64,000 nucleotides of DNA from Prochlorococcus sp. AG-679-M23 (GTDB taxonomy: Bacteria > Cyanobacteriota > Cyanobacteriia > PCC-6307 > Cyanobiaceae), in the NCBI GenBank assembly GCA_003208875.1, contig QCUR01000003.1, positions 96,001 through 160,000 on the forward strand. The letters are read 5' to 3'. Every line of letters begins with the position of its first letter. Within the stretch, counting starts at the first letter, position 1. The translations under genes and the position numbers were made by a program. The notes under the pieces were generated by a model. That model was not told the DNA's origin. It searched no databases and was given only the letters and a program-made list of their open reading frames with translations. This document shows positions 10,186-20,622 of this stretch, piece by piece.

Positions 10186-11598
10186 TTAATTAATCTCAAC
10201 AAGTAATTGATCATTTTTAAAAGATGCATCTAATACTTTTTTAAATAATTGCAATTCCTTTAGCGACCTTTCTTGATATGCCTTATATCTTAATTTTTTA
10301 TCTTTTATTTTATTAGTTAATTCTGGGACTAAACCAAATGAAGCAGGCATTGGTTGAAATTTATTTTTTTTCTGATTAGACATGATTTCATTTCTATTAC
10401 TAATGAAGTTTATTAGAGACCCAATCATTGATTCGTTTGGAAAAGTCACTAGACTTTTATTTTTGGCTAACAAGGAGGCGTTTATTCCAGCCAACAAACC
10501 TCCAGCAGTAGCAGCGGCATATCCCTCTGTGCCTGTTATTTGACCAGCGGCAAAAAGAGTTTCTCTTTTCAAAAATTGTAGTGTTGGCAGAAGTAATTTA
10601 GGGGATTCTAAAAATGTATTTCTATGCATTACTCCAAAGCGTGCAAACTCAGCTTTTTCTAGGCCTGGTATCATCCTAAATATTCTTTTTTGCTCTGACC
10701 ATTTGAGATTAGTTTGAAAACCAACCATGTTTAGTAATTTACCTTCAAGATCCTCCTTTCTTAATTGAACAATTGCATGAGGTCTTTTTTTTAATCTATT
10801 TTCCCTATCAAATAAATCCCCCCAATCTGGATTCCATAAGCCAATAGATTTCAAAGGTCCATATCTCATCGTTTCAATGCCCCTTCTAGCTATTTCCTCT
10901 ATAGGTAAGCAACCTTCATAAAAATTTGCAGATTCTTTATCGAAATCTTTTAAAGTGGCTTGTTCTCCATTTATCAATGCATTTCTAAAATTTAAATACT
11001 CCAATTTATCAATTGGACAATTTAAATATGCTGGATCTCCTTTATCGTATCTACTTGCCTTAAACACAATTTCATGATCGATAGTCTCGCCATAAATAAT
11101 TGGACTTGCTGCATCAAAAAAATGACAAGAATCTAAACCAGTAAAGTTTTTTATTTTATTAGCTAATTCATTTGAAGTTAATGGTCCTGTTGCAATTACA
11201 GTAATATTTTTTTTATCTGGTAGATCAAGTTGTTCAATCCTGCTTATTTCCACAAGAGGATGAGCAGATAATGTTTGTGTTAATGATTTACTAAATTTGG
11301 ATCTGTCAACAGCTAAAGCCCCCCCAGCGGGCACAGAAAATTTATCAGCTGTTTGTATTATCAAAGAGTTAAAAGTTCTTAATTCTTCTTGAAGTAGACC
11401 TGCAGCCCTGTCAGGGCTCAGAGCTCCAAAACTGTTACTGCAAACTAATTCCGCAAATTCATTCGTATGGTGGGCTGGAGTTGAATGAAGGGGTCTCATC
11501 TCAACAAGTTTTACTGCTATACCTGAATTAGCTATCTGCCAAGCCGCTTCACAGCCAGCTAGTCCTGCACCTATTACTATTACTTCTTTATCTATCAA
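10186..11598 (-). CDS. trmFO: tRNA (uracil-5)-methyltransferase TrmFO (Gid)
   Basis: [36 protein letters not shown] motifs. Confidence 0.97.
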   Translation of the reverse strand: MIDKEVIVIGAGLAGCEAAWQIANSGIAVKLVEMRPLHSTPAHHTNEFAELVCSNSFGALSPDRAAGLLQEELRTFNSLIIQTADKFSVPAGGALAVDRSKFSKSLTQTLSAHPLVEISRIEQLDLPDKKNITVIATGPLTSNELANKIKNFTGLDSCHFFDAASPIIYGETIDHEIVFKASRYDKGDPAYLNCPIDKLEYLNFRNALINGEQATLKDFDKESANFYEGCLPIEEIARRGIETMRYGPLKSIGLWNPDWGDLFDRENRLKKRPHAIVQLRKEDLEGKLLNMVGFQTNLKWSEQKRIFRMIPGLEKAEFARFGVMHRNTFLESPKLLLPTLQFLKRETLFAAGQITGTEGYAAATAGGLLAGINASLLAKNKSLVTFPNESMIGSLINFISNRNEIMSNQKKNKFQPMPASFGLVPELTNKIKDKKLRYKAYQERSLKELQLFKKVLDASFKNDQLLVEIN

Positions 11599-11604
11599 AT
11601 CAAA

Positions 11605-11721
11605 TTAATCCTTTCCCAAAAAGTCTCTATTAAATTGTTCTCTTGCAGGTTTTTGGATATTAAATACAACCCAAGCTAAAGCGGCAATAATTGGGGCGAA
11701 AACTACAATGGCTCTTAACAT
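11605..11721 (-). CDS. psbY: Photosystem II protein Y
   Basis: Manual translation [38 protein letters not shown] (not in ORF track). Confidence 0.93.
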
Positions 11722-11898
11722 GTTTAAAAACTTAGTTATTTATATAATACTTTACCTATCAATTGCAAATAAAGAGAGCAATTTAAAGTTTTGATGTTAT
11801 AACGTAAAAAATTGTATTTCAATTGTTCAACTTAGGATATAAAGTTGTTTTTTTTACCTTAAAAAGGGATAATTTCATATGTACTCAATTTTACAAAT

Positions 11899-11970
11899 GG
11901 GTCGCTAGCTCAGCGGTAGAGCATCCGGCTTTTAACCGGCTGGTCCTGAGTTCGAATCTCAGGCGACCCA
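11899..11970 (+). tRNA. tRNA-Lys(TTT)
   Basis: Cloverleaf GGGTCGC...GCGACCC-A, anticodon loop CTTTTAA, T-loop GTTCGAATC. Confidence 0.97.
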
Positions 11971-12444
11971 CATTTTAAAAATTGAGTCTACATAAATAAA
12001 GAAGAAGAAATTAAAAGATTAGATTTTTAAAAATTAATAAAAAAAGTACATTTTTTAGTTTATTAAATTTTAATAATTGACTGGTCTTTTAAAGATAATA
12101 CAGATCAGATATTTGCAACAAATGAGTCTTTTCAGGACCTTAACGAAGATATCAAACAAAATTATTGACGGTTTTAATTAAAGTTTATAGCGCTCCAGAG
12201 GATGGCTACGGAGAAATCAATTGCAAGAAACCTAATATATCTGTCTTATTCTGTATTAAAAATGTCTAGAAAAAACATTAATATTAGAGCAGCTCTATAA
12301 AACGAAGAATTTCTTCATCACATAACGAAAAAGCGTCTGAACGAACACATAACTATTTGTTATACATATTTGTATCAATTATGTAAATTAAAGTGATTTT
12401 TGCTTGAATTGTATTGTATTTGGAATTAAATAGATATAAAAGAC

Positions 12445-12484
12445 TTTACAAAGCTTCATATTTACTGTTACAATCATTAATATA
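12445..12484 (+). promoter_or_regulatory. HLR1-like (RpaB) direct repeats upstream of hli
   Basis: TTTACAAA and GTTACAAT-CA-TTAATATA resemble (G/T)TTACA(T/A)(T/A)-NN repeats. Confidence 0.55.
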
Positions 12485-12500
12485 AATTACAAAAATTATC

Positions 12501-12608
12501 ATGACACCTGAAGCAGAACGTTTTAATGGTTGGGCAGCAATGTTGGGATTTGTCGCAGCAGTTGGTGCATATGTAACTACTGGTCAAATCATTCCAGGCT
12601 GGTTCTAA
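12501..12608 (+). CDS. hli: High-light inducible protein (35 aa)
   Basis: MTPEAERFNGWAAMLGFVAAVGAYVTTGQIIPGWF has the AExxNG motif and TGQIIPGxF tail. Confidence 0.95.
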   Translation: MTPEAERFNGWAAMLGFVAAVGAYVTTGQIIPGWF

Positions 12609-12958
12609 ACCTTTATTACACATCTCAAACAAAGTGGCGTCAAAAATACCCATATTTTTGAGTCACTTTTTTTTTATATTAATAAAAGTTGTTTGTACCT
12701 AATTTGTCGTCAAGGTTTTAAAAAATTAATTTGTTAGACAAATTTACTTTTTGATTTATATTATTCAATTTTAAACAGCATTAATCATGTTTATTGCATA
12801 TTTTTTCTTGAAAACACAACTATCGTCTATAAGAAGAACACACTAGAAAACTAAAAAAATTGTATTCTTATTATTAATTTTTGCAATTTAGCTTTTTATT
12901 TTAAATATTCATTAGGTAATAAATACAAAAACAATAATAGTAAACCTGTAATAATTAA

Positions 12959-13099
12959 TCATTTCAGATCTTTTTTTGGCTTTTTATCTAAATCATCTAA
13001 ACATGAGGAGCACAATAAATGTCCTTTTTTGACCCAAAAAGCTTTTGTAGATCTTTCAATATCATTTCTGCAAATTAAACATTTAAAGATAGGAGGCAT
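12959..13099 (-). CDS. Small CxxC...CxxC (putative zinc-binding) protein, 46 aa
   Basis: Manual translation MPPIFKCLICRNDIERSTKAFWVKKGHLLCSSCLDDLDKKPKKDLK. Confidence 0.65.
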   Translation of the reverse strand: MPPIFKCLICRNDIERSTKAFWVKKGHLLCSSCLDDLDKKPKKDLK

Positions 13100-13316
13100 T
13101 ACGTTCTCAAAATATAAAATAATGTTTTCTTAAAGACATTTAAAATAATCTTAACAATTTCATCAAGAGCCAAATGATATCTAAATAAATAGTATGGTGA
13201 AATGAAGTTATTAAGATTGTTATTTTTAGAATTAATAATTGATCTTTTAATAAGATAAAATTCAATTTTTTTTATATTTATACAAAAACATTTCGAATTT
13301 ATTTGTAATTATTTCA

Positions 13317-13356
13317 ACACTAAAAAACCTGCCATTATGGCAGGTCTTTTAGTGTG
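13317..13356 (-). terminator. Intrinsic terminator of porin copy 1
   Basis: ACCTGCCA-TTA-TGGCAGGT hairpin flanked by A/T runs. Confidence 0.85.
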
Positions 13357-14294
13357 TAGATTTTAATTTCTAATTAAATTAATTAGAAGCTAAATGATGT
13401 TTTAACTGCTATACCAGTTTGGTCATCACCTGATTGTTCTCTAACAAATACACCAGGTGTGATTGTCATACCATCATTTACTGGATAAGCATATGATGCT
13501 TCATAAATGTAGTACTCAGTATCAGCACTTGTGTAGTTTGCTGCTGTTCCCATACCTATATCGAGTGATCCAGGACCAACTTCAGCAAAACTTAGACCAA
13601 CCATGAAACCTGTTGCTGTGTCAGATCCATCAGCATCAGCAGATTCTACACCAGCACTTAGTGTTGCAAAATCAAAAGCGTAAGTTCCGTTGATTCCCCA
13701 GTAAGTTGTTGATTCTGCATCAGAATAAGCAACTGAAACTGAGTATGAATCTCCAGAGTATGCAGCTTCAATACCGAATATATCAATACCTTCTTCGGTT
13801 AAGATACCAGGTACTGTACTATCAGCTTTAGTTTGTTCAGAAGAAAGACCACCAGCTAATGTGAAACCGCTGTCAAAAGCGTAAGACATTGCTGCAGTAA
13901 CTCCTTTACCACCAACACCAACAGAATTACCAGTACCACAGTTACCCATATAATCAGTGAAAGAGCTGTATGCACATGCACCTGAGTAAACAGCACTGAT
14001 ATCAGTGTTGTCACCAACCATTACAGTTGCACCACCCACTGGGAATGTGTAAGTAAGTCCATCAAGTTTTAGAGCGTCACTAGTTCCATCAAAGTTCAAA
14101 CCATCAGTACCACCTACAGCAGAAGAAGCATTACCTATATCGATAGTTGCGCTTAATGAATCTTCGCCAGTAAAGCTAGTTTCTAAGCCGATACCCATTT
14201 GGTAGTCGAATGTTGTTTTTTCAGTTACTGAAGATCCGTCAACTGCACCAACTAGGAAATCAACACCGAAAGATGCTGTGGTTGTTTCTGAAAA
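13327..14294. repeat. Direct repeat copy 1 (porin 3' part plus terminator)
   Basis: Near-identical to 16483-17450 (offset 3156). Confidence 0.95.
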
Positions 14295-14510
14295 GGATCC
14301 GTCATGATCATGACTATCAACTAAACCTTCTCCTCCTGAAAGAAGAGTTTCTTTTGAAGATAAAGATTTAAAAGAGTTTGAATCTACCTCTACAACATCT
14401 CCAGAATAACTTGAGATTGCCTCAAAATTAACCTCAGAAGCGCTAGCAGAAATAGGTGCTAAAAGTCCTAAAGCTGCAGGGGCAACAAGAAGTTGCTTGA
14501 ATAATTTCAT
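13383..14510 (-). CDS. som: Som-type outer membrane porin, copy 1
   Basis: Signal peptide, FSETTT motif, GLETSFTGED, C-terminal KTSFSF beta-barrel signature. Confidence 0.93.
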   Translation of the reverse strand: MKLFKQLLVAPAALGLLAPISASASEVNFEAISSYSGDVVEVDSNSFKSLSSKETLLSGGEGLVDSHDHDGSFSETTTASFGVDFLVGAVDGSSVTEKTTFDYQMGIGLETSFTGEDSLSATIDIGNASSAVGGTDGLNFDGTSDALKLDGLTYTFPVGGATVMVGDNTDISAVYSGACAYSSFTDYMGNCGTGNSVGVGGKGVTAAMSYAFDSGFTLAGGLSSEQTKADSTVPGILTEEGIDIFGIEAAYSGDSYSVSVAYSDAESTTYWGINGTYAFDFATLSAGVESADADGSDTATGFMVGLSFAEVGPGSLDIGMGTAANYTSADTEYYIYEASYAYPVNDGMTITPGVFVREQSGDDQTGIAVKTSFSF

Positions 14511-14515
14511 AAAAA

Positions 14516-14525
14516 TTCCTCACAC
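14516..14525 (-). promoter_or_regulatory. Yfr1 sRNA target site in porin 1 5'UTR
   Basis: mRNA sense GTGTGAGGAA just upstream of the ATG is complementary to the Yfr1 motif ACUCCUCACAC. Confidence 0.75.
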
Positions 14526-14578
14526 AGAATATTTGTACTTTTAATTCTAAAGGTAAAATTACTTAATCGCAAAAAATA

Positions 14579-16408
14579 TCAGCCATTTAATAAATCGTAC
14601 GTAGGGAATAAACTACGTAAAGGTTTTAAAAGTTGTTTATATTTTTCCCAATAATTAATTGATTGATTATTAATTTCTTTTCTAACTTGAGCACTACTTG
14701 CAGTAAAAACATTTCTTTTATTTTTTTGAGGTGAGAGATATTTCTCATCCCATTCCCAATTTAACCAATCAATTAATTTACGAATACTGTCCTCAGGATT
14801 TTGTACAACTTGGTCATGATCATAACTATAAATAATCGAACTAAATTGAGTTTTGTACTCATCCATAAGTTCCATATGATATTTATACAATTTCGCGATA
14901 TCATTTAATGAGCTCGAAAAACTTTGATTTATAAAATTTGTTCGATAAATGGAAAGGACATTATCAAGCGGATTTCTCGTGCAATGTATAATTCTCGAAT
15001 TTGGGAAAAATCTATAAATAATCGGACAATATAAAAAGTTAAACAAATTTTTATCTGTATATATATTATTAGATGAATTAATATCAAATACTTTTTTGCT
15101 GTAAGTATCATAAATCTTTTTTAAATCTTCAGTTTCTTTTAGAGATTCTTCTAAAAAGAAAACTTCTCCTAAATCGGTAACTCCAGAATTAAGACTTAAA
15201 ATACTTTCAAGTAATGTGCTTCCACACCTCGGCATTCCAACAATAAATAAATAACAATTATTGTCCAAATTTTTATTTAAATCCTCTTGATTTTCAAATT
15301 TAAAATTCCTATATATTTCGCCTGTATTTAACTTTTTTGTTAAATCCGATGGTTGGAGTTTTAGCTTTTCATCATTAGCTATTTTTAAAAAATATGTACT
15401 ATTCTCAAATTCACCTTTGGAGTGGTAGATATTTGCTTTTGAAAATCCAATATATATTTTTTGTATTGGAGTAAAATTTTCTATGTCAATGCTTAAAAGA
15501 TTATTTAATTGATCCTTATGACTTGAAAAATTATACAAGGTTGATAGTTCGTAATAACTATTGAAATTAAATTTATCCTTATCAAGGATCTCTAAATGCA
15601 TATTTATTGCTGAATCTAAATGACCGGAATTTCTATACATCACTGCCAAATTAAATTTTAATGGAATAAAATTTGGAAATTTCTTAAGACCCTCTTTTGA
15701 AATTTTAATGCCTTTATTAATTTCTTTATTATTAAAATATAAATTACTTAAATTAAGGAATAAAATGGGTTGATTATTAAATAAGTTTTTTAGTTTTAAT
15801 AAAGTTTTTTCTGCTTGGACATAATTCTTCTGATTAATAAAAATTCTTGAAAACAATAGTTCCTTTTGAAAATATAAATTATTATTTTTATCTAAAATTA
15901 AATTTCCTAAAATTTGTTCTGCCTCTTGATTCTGAAAATTATCAATTAAAATATCAGCTTTTAAAATTTTATATATTTCTATTTTAGGGGAAATTAATAA
16001 AGCATTATTTATATACTCAAGTGCTTCTTTATATAGTTTATTCTTTTTATAAAGAATTGATAAATTATAATCTACATCTGTGTTATTTCGTTCAATTCCC
16101 TTTGCCAAAAGAAGAATTTTCAAAGCTTCCTTAAAACTATTCTCTAGGCTTAGAATTTCAGCTAACAATAAGTATGGCTTTATAAATAAGGGATATTTTT
16201 TAATAGATAAAGTAAAAAGATTTTTCGCAATCTTAAGATTATTAATTTCTTTATTAAATAATCCGTATGAGATAAGTAAATCGTAAGTAAAGAATTTTTT
16301 ATTAATTAAATTTTTATAAATTTGATTGGCTTCATTTAATTTTCCTTGTTTATGATTTTTTTTTGCAATTTGAATATATTTAGTTATTTCTGATAAATTT
16401 AATTCCAT
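14579..16408 (-). CDS. TPR-repeat sulfotransferase
   Basis: N-terminal TPRs; PAPS motifs FIVGMPRCGSTLLE and RNPLDNVLS; TASSAQVR. Confidence 0.9.
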   Translation of the reverse strand: MELNLSEITKYIQIAKKNHKQGKLNEANQIYKNLINKKFFTYDLLISYGLFNKEINNLKIAKNLFTLSIKKYPLFIKPYLLLAEILSLENSFKEALKILLLAKGIERNNTDVDYNLSILYKKNKLYKEALEYINNALLISPKIEIYKILKADILIDNFQNQEAEQILGNLILDKNNNLYFQKELLFSRIFINQKNYVQAEKTLLKLKNLFNNQPILFLNLSNLYFNNKEINKGIKISKEGLKKFPNFIPLKFNLAVMYRNSGHLDSAINMHLEILDKDKFNFNSYYELSTLYNFSSHKDQLNNLLSIDIENFTPIQKIYIGFSKANIYHSKGEFENSTYFLKIANDEKLKLQPSDLTKKLNTGEIYRNFKFENQEDLNKNLDNNCYLFIVGMPRCGSTLLESILSLNSGVTDLGEVFFLEESLKETEDLKKIYDTYSKKVFDINSSNNIYTDKNLFNFLYCPIIYRFFPNSRIIHCTRNPLDNVLSIYRTNFINQSFSSSLNDIAKLYKYHMELMDEYKTQFSSIIYSYDHDQVVQNPEDSIRKLIDWLNWEWDEKYLSPQKNKRNVFTASSAQVRKEINNQSINYWEKYKQLLKPLRSLFPTYDLLNG

Positions 16409-16474
16409 TTTTATTTCAATAGAAATACAGATTTTAATTAATAATACATTTTAAAAAGATATTTTACTTTTCAT

Positions 16475-16507
16475 TAAAAAAGACCTGCCATAATGGCAGG
16501 TCTTTTA
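16475..16507 (-). terminator. Intrinsic terminator of porin copy 2
   Basis: AAAAGACCTGCCA-TAA-TGGCAGGTCTTTT hairpin. Confidence 0.85.
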
Positions 16508-17450
16508 GTGTGTAGATTTTAATTTCTAATTAAATTAATTAGAAGCTAAATGATGTTTTAACTGCTATACCAGTTTGGTCATCACCTGATTGTTCTCTAA
16601 CAAATACACCAGGTGTGATTGTCATACCATCATTTACTGGATAAGCATATGATGCTTCATAAATGTAGTACTCAGTATCAGAACTTGTGTAGTTTGCTGC
16701 TGTTCCCATACCTATATCGAGTGATCCAGGACCAACTTCAGCAAAACTTAGACCAACCATGAAACCTGTTGCTGTGTCAGATCCATCAGCATCAGCAGAT
16801 TCTACACCAGCACTTAGTGTTGCAAAATCAAAAGCGTAAGTTCCGTTGATTCCCCAGTAAGTTGTTGATTCTGCATCAGAATAAGCAACTGAAACTGAGT
16901 ATGAATCTCCAGAGTATGCAGCTTCAATACCGAATATATCAATACCTTCTTCGGTTAAGATACCAGGTACTGTACTATCAGCTTTAGTTTGTTCAGAAGA
17001 AAGACCACCAGCTAATGTGAAACCGCTGTCAAAAGCGTAAGACATTGCTGCAGTAACTCCTTTACCACCAACACCAACAGAATTACCAGTACCACAGTTA
17101 CCCATATAATCAGTGAAAGAGCTGTATGCACATGCACCTGAGTAAACAGCACTGATATCAGTGTTGTCACCAACCATTACAGTTGCACCACCCACTGGGA
17201 ATGTGTAAGTAAGTCCATCAAGTTTTAGAGCGTCACTAGTTCCATCAAAGTTCAAACCATCAGTACCACCTACAGCAGAAGAAGCATTACCTATATCAAT
17301 AGTTGCGCTTAATGAATCTTCGCCAGTAAAGCTAGTTTCTAAGCCGATACCCATTTGGTAGTCGAATGTTGTTTTTTCAGTTACTGAAGATCCGTCAACT
17401 GCACCAACTAGGAAATCAACACCGAAAGATGCTGTGGTTGTTTCTGAAAA
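16483..17450. repeat. Direct repeat copy 2 (porin 3' part plus terminator)
   Basis: Near-identical to 13327-14294. Confidence 0.95.
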
Positions 17451-17672
17451 TCCACCAGCTTCAAAGTTATTGAATCTAGCTTCTAATCCATCAACACGAC
17501 TGTTAGTAACAGCAAGTTCTTCAGCAGGATTAAATTCGCTGATGTTCTGAATTTCTTCTGAAGAAGAATAACCAGAAACGTCGTTTAAGTTCAGCTCATT
17601 AGCTGTTGCAGTCATAGGTGCTAAAAGACCTAATGTTGCAGGAGCTACAAGCAAGCTTTTAAAAAGCTTCAT
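16539..17672 (-). CDS. som: Som-type outer membrane porin, copy 2
   Basis: Signal peptide, coiled-coil ELAVTNSRVDGLEAR, same barrel as copy 1. Confidence 0.93.
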   Translation of the reverse strand: MKLFKSLLVAPATLGLLAPMTATANELNLNDVSGYSSSEEIQNISEFNPAEELAVTNSRVDGLEARFNNFEAGGFSETTTASFGVDFLVGAVDGSSVTEKTTFDYQMGIGLETSFTGEDSLSATIDIGNASSAVGGTDGLNFDGTSDALKLDGLTYTFPVGGATVMVGDNTDISAVYSGACAYSSFTDYMGNCGTGNSVGVGGKGVTAAMSYAFDSGFTLAGGLSSEQTKADSTVPGILTEEGIDIFGIEAAYSGDSYSVSVAYSDAESTTYWGINGTYAFDFATLSAGVESADADGSDTATGFMVGLSFAEVGPGSLDIGMGTAANYTSSDTEYYIYEASYAYPVNDGMTITPGVFVREQSGDDQTGIAVKTSFSF

Positions 17673-17679
17673 TTAAGTG

Positions 17680-17687
17680 CCTCACAC
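17680..17687 (-). promoter_or_regulatory. Yfr1 sRNA target site in porin 2 5'UTR
   Basis: mRNA sense GTGTGAGG, 7 nt before the ATG. Confidence 0.7.
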
Positions 17688-17736
17688 ATAAAATTTTGTA
17701 CACCTTAAAATACTGTATAAATGAGGTTGATTTCAA

Positions 17737-17750
17737 GTATCAACCGCTAC
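17737..17750. promoter_or_regulatory. Candidate NtcA box
   Basis: GTA-TCAACCGC-TAC (GTA-N8-TAC) about 65 bp upstream of the porin 2 start. Confidence 0.6.
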
Positions 17751-18019
17751 TTTTTAAAAGGTTTTATTGAAAATCATATTTTAATTAGATTAATATTTTT
17801 AGAAAAACCTCTAATCAATTGCCCTGCAAGGGTTTAAGATCCTATATTTTAAAATTTAGAAATTCAAAGAGCTACTTGTGACGATATATTTTCTGTCCGC
17901 ATATACAGATATGATGATGAATTTATCAAAAAATAATTGAAAATCAATAATATTTTTTTAATTAGAATACTTAATTTAAAAACAGAAAGTTATTCTAAAT
18001 AAGCAGCATTACGTCCTAG

Positions 18020-20200
18020 GTGATAATTATGAAAGGTTTTGGTAATGAGAAAAAAAATATTCAAAAACAAAATTCTAGAGGAAATTCAAATCCTAATAAA
18101 GATCAATTAATTTCAAATGCATTTCAATATCACTCAAAAGGTCAGCTTAAAGAGGCATCTGATATATATAAATATCTGATTAAGAATGGATATTATGATC
18201 CAAGAGTTCTCACAAATTTAGGAACAATTTACCAACAAGCTAATGAATTTGAAAACGCAATAATTTTATATAAAGAATCAATAAAGAAGTTTCCAAATAA
18301 TCCTGAAGCATATTCAAATTTAGGAAGTATTTTAATAAAAAAAAATGAACCCAAATTAGCGGAACAATATCTTAAAAAGGCTATTGATTTAAAGCCAGAT
18401 TATTTAATGGCATATTCAAATTTAATTAATGTTTACGTAAATGATGGCAACTTAGAAAAAGCGGAAATTTACCTTAGAAAAAGCATAGATAATAATCCAA
18501 ATGATGCAAATTCATATTTAAATTTGGGTAGCGTACTAAAGGAGCAAGGTAAAACTGAAGAAGCAGAACTGTCTTTAAGAAAATCATTAAAATTAAGACC
18601 TGAGTTTGATTTAGCCTTAATTAATTTAGGCGCCACTTTAAATGAATTAGGTAAAATATTTGAAGCAGAAAAGTTATTAAATCGAGCTATAGAAATTAAT
18701 CCTAATTCTTCTATGGCATTTAATAATTTAGGTAATGTTTTAGTAAATCAAAATAAACCAAATGAAGCAGAAAAGAGTTATAGAGAAGCTATTAAATTAA
18801 AACCTGATTTTGCATTGGCATTTAATAACTTAGGATCTTTATTGTCAAATAATGGGAACATTATCGAAGCTGAAAAATATACTCAGAAAGCTATTGATTA
18901 TAATCCCAAATTTGAATTGGCATATGTAAATTTAGGCTCAATAAAGCTCGATTTAGATAAATTAAAAGAATCTGAAAAATTATATCTAAAAGCTATTGAG
19001 ATCAAAAACGAATATCCATATGCATATAGTAATCTTTTAAGATTTTATGAAAAGACAAATAATTTAAAAAAATTAAAACAAGTATTAATATCATTCGAAG
19101 ACAGAAAATACATATTAAATGAAGTTTTGATGTTTAAAGCAAGACTTCTTTATAGAGAAAAAGATTTTAAAAATGCAAAAAATTTAATTAATAAAATACC
19201 CATAACATGGGTAAATAATACTGATCAGAATACTAAAATTCTTTTTTGGTCTTTTAAGGCATTCATCGAAGAAAAAGTAGAAAATTATGATGAAGCACAT
19301 GAATGTTTTAAAAAAAGTCAACTTAACTTAAAGTATGAAAACTGTGATCCTTATATTTTTGAAAATTATATTAAAAACTACAGAAAAAATTTAGATAATA
19401 AAGAATTTCTAAAAAGAGATAATTACAAATATGATAAGAATTTCGAGCCTGTTTTTTTGATTGGATTTCCTAGATCAGGAACTACATTATTAGATACAAT
19501 TTTAAGAAGTCACCCTTACATAGATGTTCTAGAAGAAAAACCAATACTTCAATCCGTCGAGAAAATTATAAAAACAAACTATAAATATTCTTTAAGTGAA
19601 ATTCATAGACTCAATCAGGAAGAATTAAAAATTCTTAGAGATCATTATTTAAAAAGTTTAAATAATAATTCCAATAAAAATAAAGATGCCAAAATATTAA
19701 TTGATAAATTCCCTTTTCAAACTGTTTGCTTACCACTAATTAATTTGTTATTTCCAAATGCAAAAATAATTTTCACCCATAGGAATCCCTACGATACGGT
19801 TTTATCGTGTTTCCAACAGGCATTTGAACCAAATAATGCGATGTCAAATTTTCGTTCCATTAATTCTTCTGCGAGAATTTATAATCTCACAATGGATATG
19901 TGGGTATCTTATAAAAATAAATTGGATTTAAAGTATCTCATGTCTAAATACGAAACACTAATAGAGGACTTTGATAGCCATATTTCAAATGTCCTTGAAT
20001 TTTTAAATCTTGACTGGGACGAAAACATTAAAAATTATAGGGATACGGCCTTAAATAGAGGCAAGATAAACACGCCTTCATCTTCTCAAGTTATTCAACC
20101 ACTCTATAAAACCTCAATTGAGAAATGGCGTAATTATGAAAAGTTTTTTGAAGACTCACATATTTATCTTGATAAGTGGGTGGATTATTTTAATTATTAA
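18020..20200 (+). CDS. TPR-repeat sulfotransferase
   Basis: MKGFG leader, about 9 TPRs, FLIGFPRSGTTLLD, RNPYDTVLS, TPSSSQV. Confidence 0.92.
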   Translation: MIIMKGFGNEKKNIQKQNSRGNSNPNKDQLISNAFQYHSKGQLKEASDIYKYLIKNGYYDPRVLTNLGTIYQQANEFENAIILYKESIKKFPNNPEAYSNLGSILIKKNEPKLAEQYLKKAIDLKPDYLMAYSNLINVYVNDGNLEKAEIYLRKSIDNNPNDANSYLNLGSVLKEQGKTEEAELSLRKSLKLRPEFDLALINLGATLNELGKIFEAEKLLNRAIEINPNSSMAFNNLGNVLVNQNKPNEAEKSYREAIKLKPDFALAFNNLGSLLSNNGNIIEAEKYTQKAIDYNPKFELAYVNLGSIKLDLDKLKESEKLYLKAIEIKNEYPYAYSNLLRFYEKTNNLKKLKQVLISFEDRKYILNEVLMFKARLLYREKDFKNAKNLINKIPITWVNNTDQNTKILFWSFKAFIEEKVENYDEAHECFKKSQLNLKYENCDPYIFENYIKNYRKNLDNKEFLKRDNYKYDKNFEPVFLIGFPRSGTTLLDTILRSHPYIDVLEEKPILQSVEKIIKTNYKYSLSEIHRLNQEELKILRDHYLKSLNNNSNKNKDAKILIDKFPFQTVCLPLINLLFPNAKIIFTHRNPYDTVLSCFQQAFEPNNAMSNFRSINSSARIYNLTMDMWVSYKNKLDLKYLMSKYETLIEDFDSHISNVLEFLNLDWDENIKNYRDTALNRGKINTPSSSQVIQPLYKTSIEKWRNYEKFFEDSHIYLDKWVDYFNY

Positions 20201-20245
20201 GTTTCAAAATACTATTAATCTCTAATTCCGAAAAATTCAAAGAAT

Positions 20246-20419
20246 TTAATTTTGAACTATTTTTTTTGAAATGCGATACGATATTTTTTTTGTTTTATAA
20301 TTTTTTTTCTGGCCTTTATTAAATTCATCAACATACCAACCTGAAGCCAATCTGGTATCAATTTCTTCATAATCATGCTTTAAATTTAATTTTTTTATCG
20401 ATTTCTTTAAATAATCCAT
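20246..20419 (-). CDS. Small hypothetical protein, 57 aa
   Basis: Manual translation MDYLKKSIKKLNLKHDYEEIDTRLASGWYVDEFNKG... Confidence 0.5.
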   Translation of the reverse strand: MDYLKKSIKKLNLKHDYEEIDTRLASGWYVDEFNKGQKKNYKTKKISYRISKKIVQN

Positions 20420-20622
20420 TTAAAACATAATCCTTTTAAAACAATAGCAAATAAATTACTAACATTTAACTTTTTAAAAGAGACAGTTTTAAATAAGATA
20501 GAAGAAATAAAGCTCGAATCATAATATCTTTAGAAAAACAAAAGAAAAAATAAATATCCCTCGGTATTCATTTTTATTGGCTAAATTAAATTTTTATTAA
20601 TACCTGAGGAGCACAAGGTTAA

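Noticed and set aside
12060..12350. Coding-like sequence after tRNA-Lys
   Set aside because: No sustained reading frame or recognisable homology; no tRNA-Lys duplicate found.
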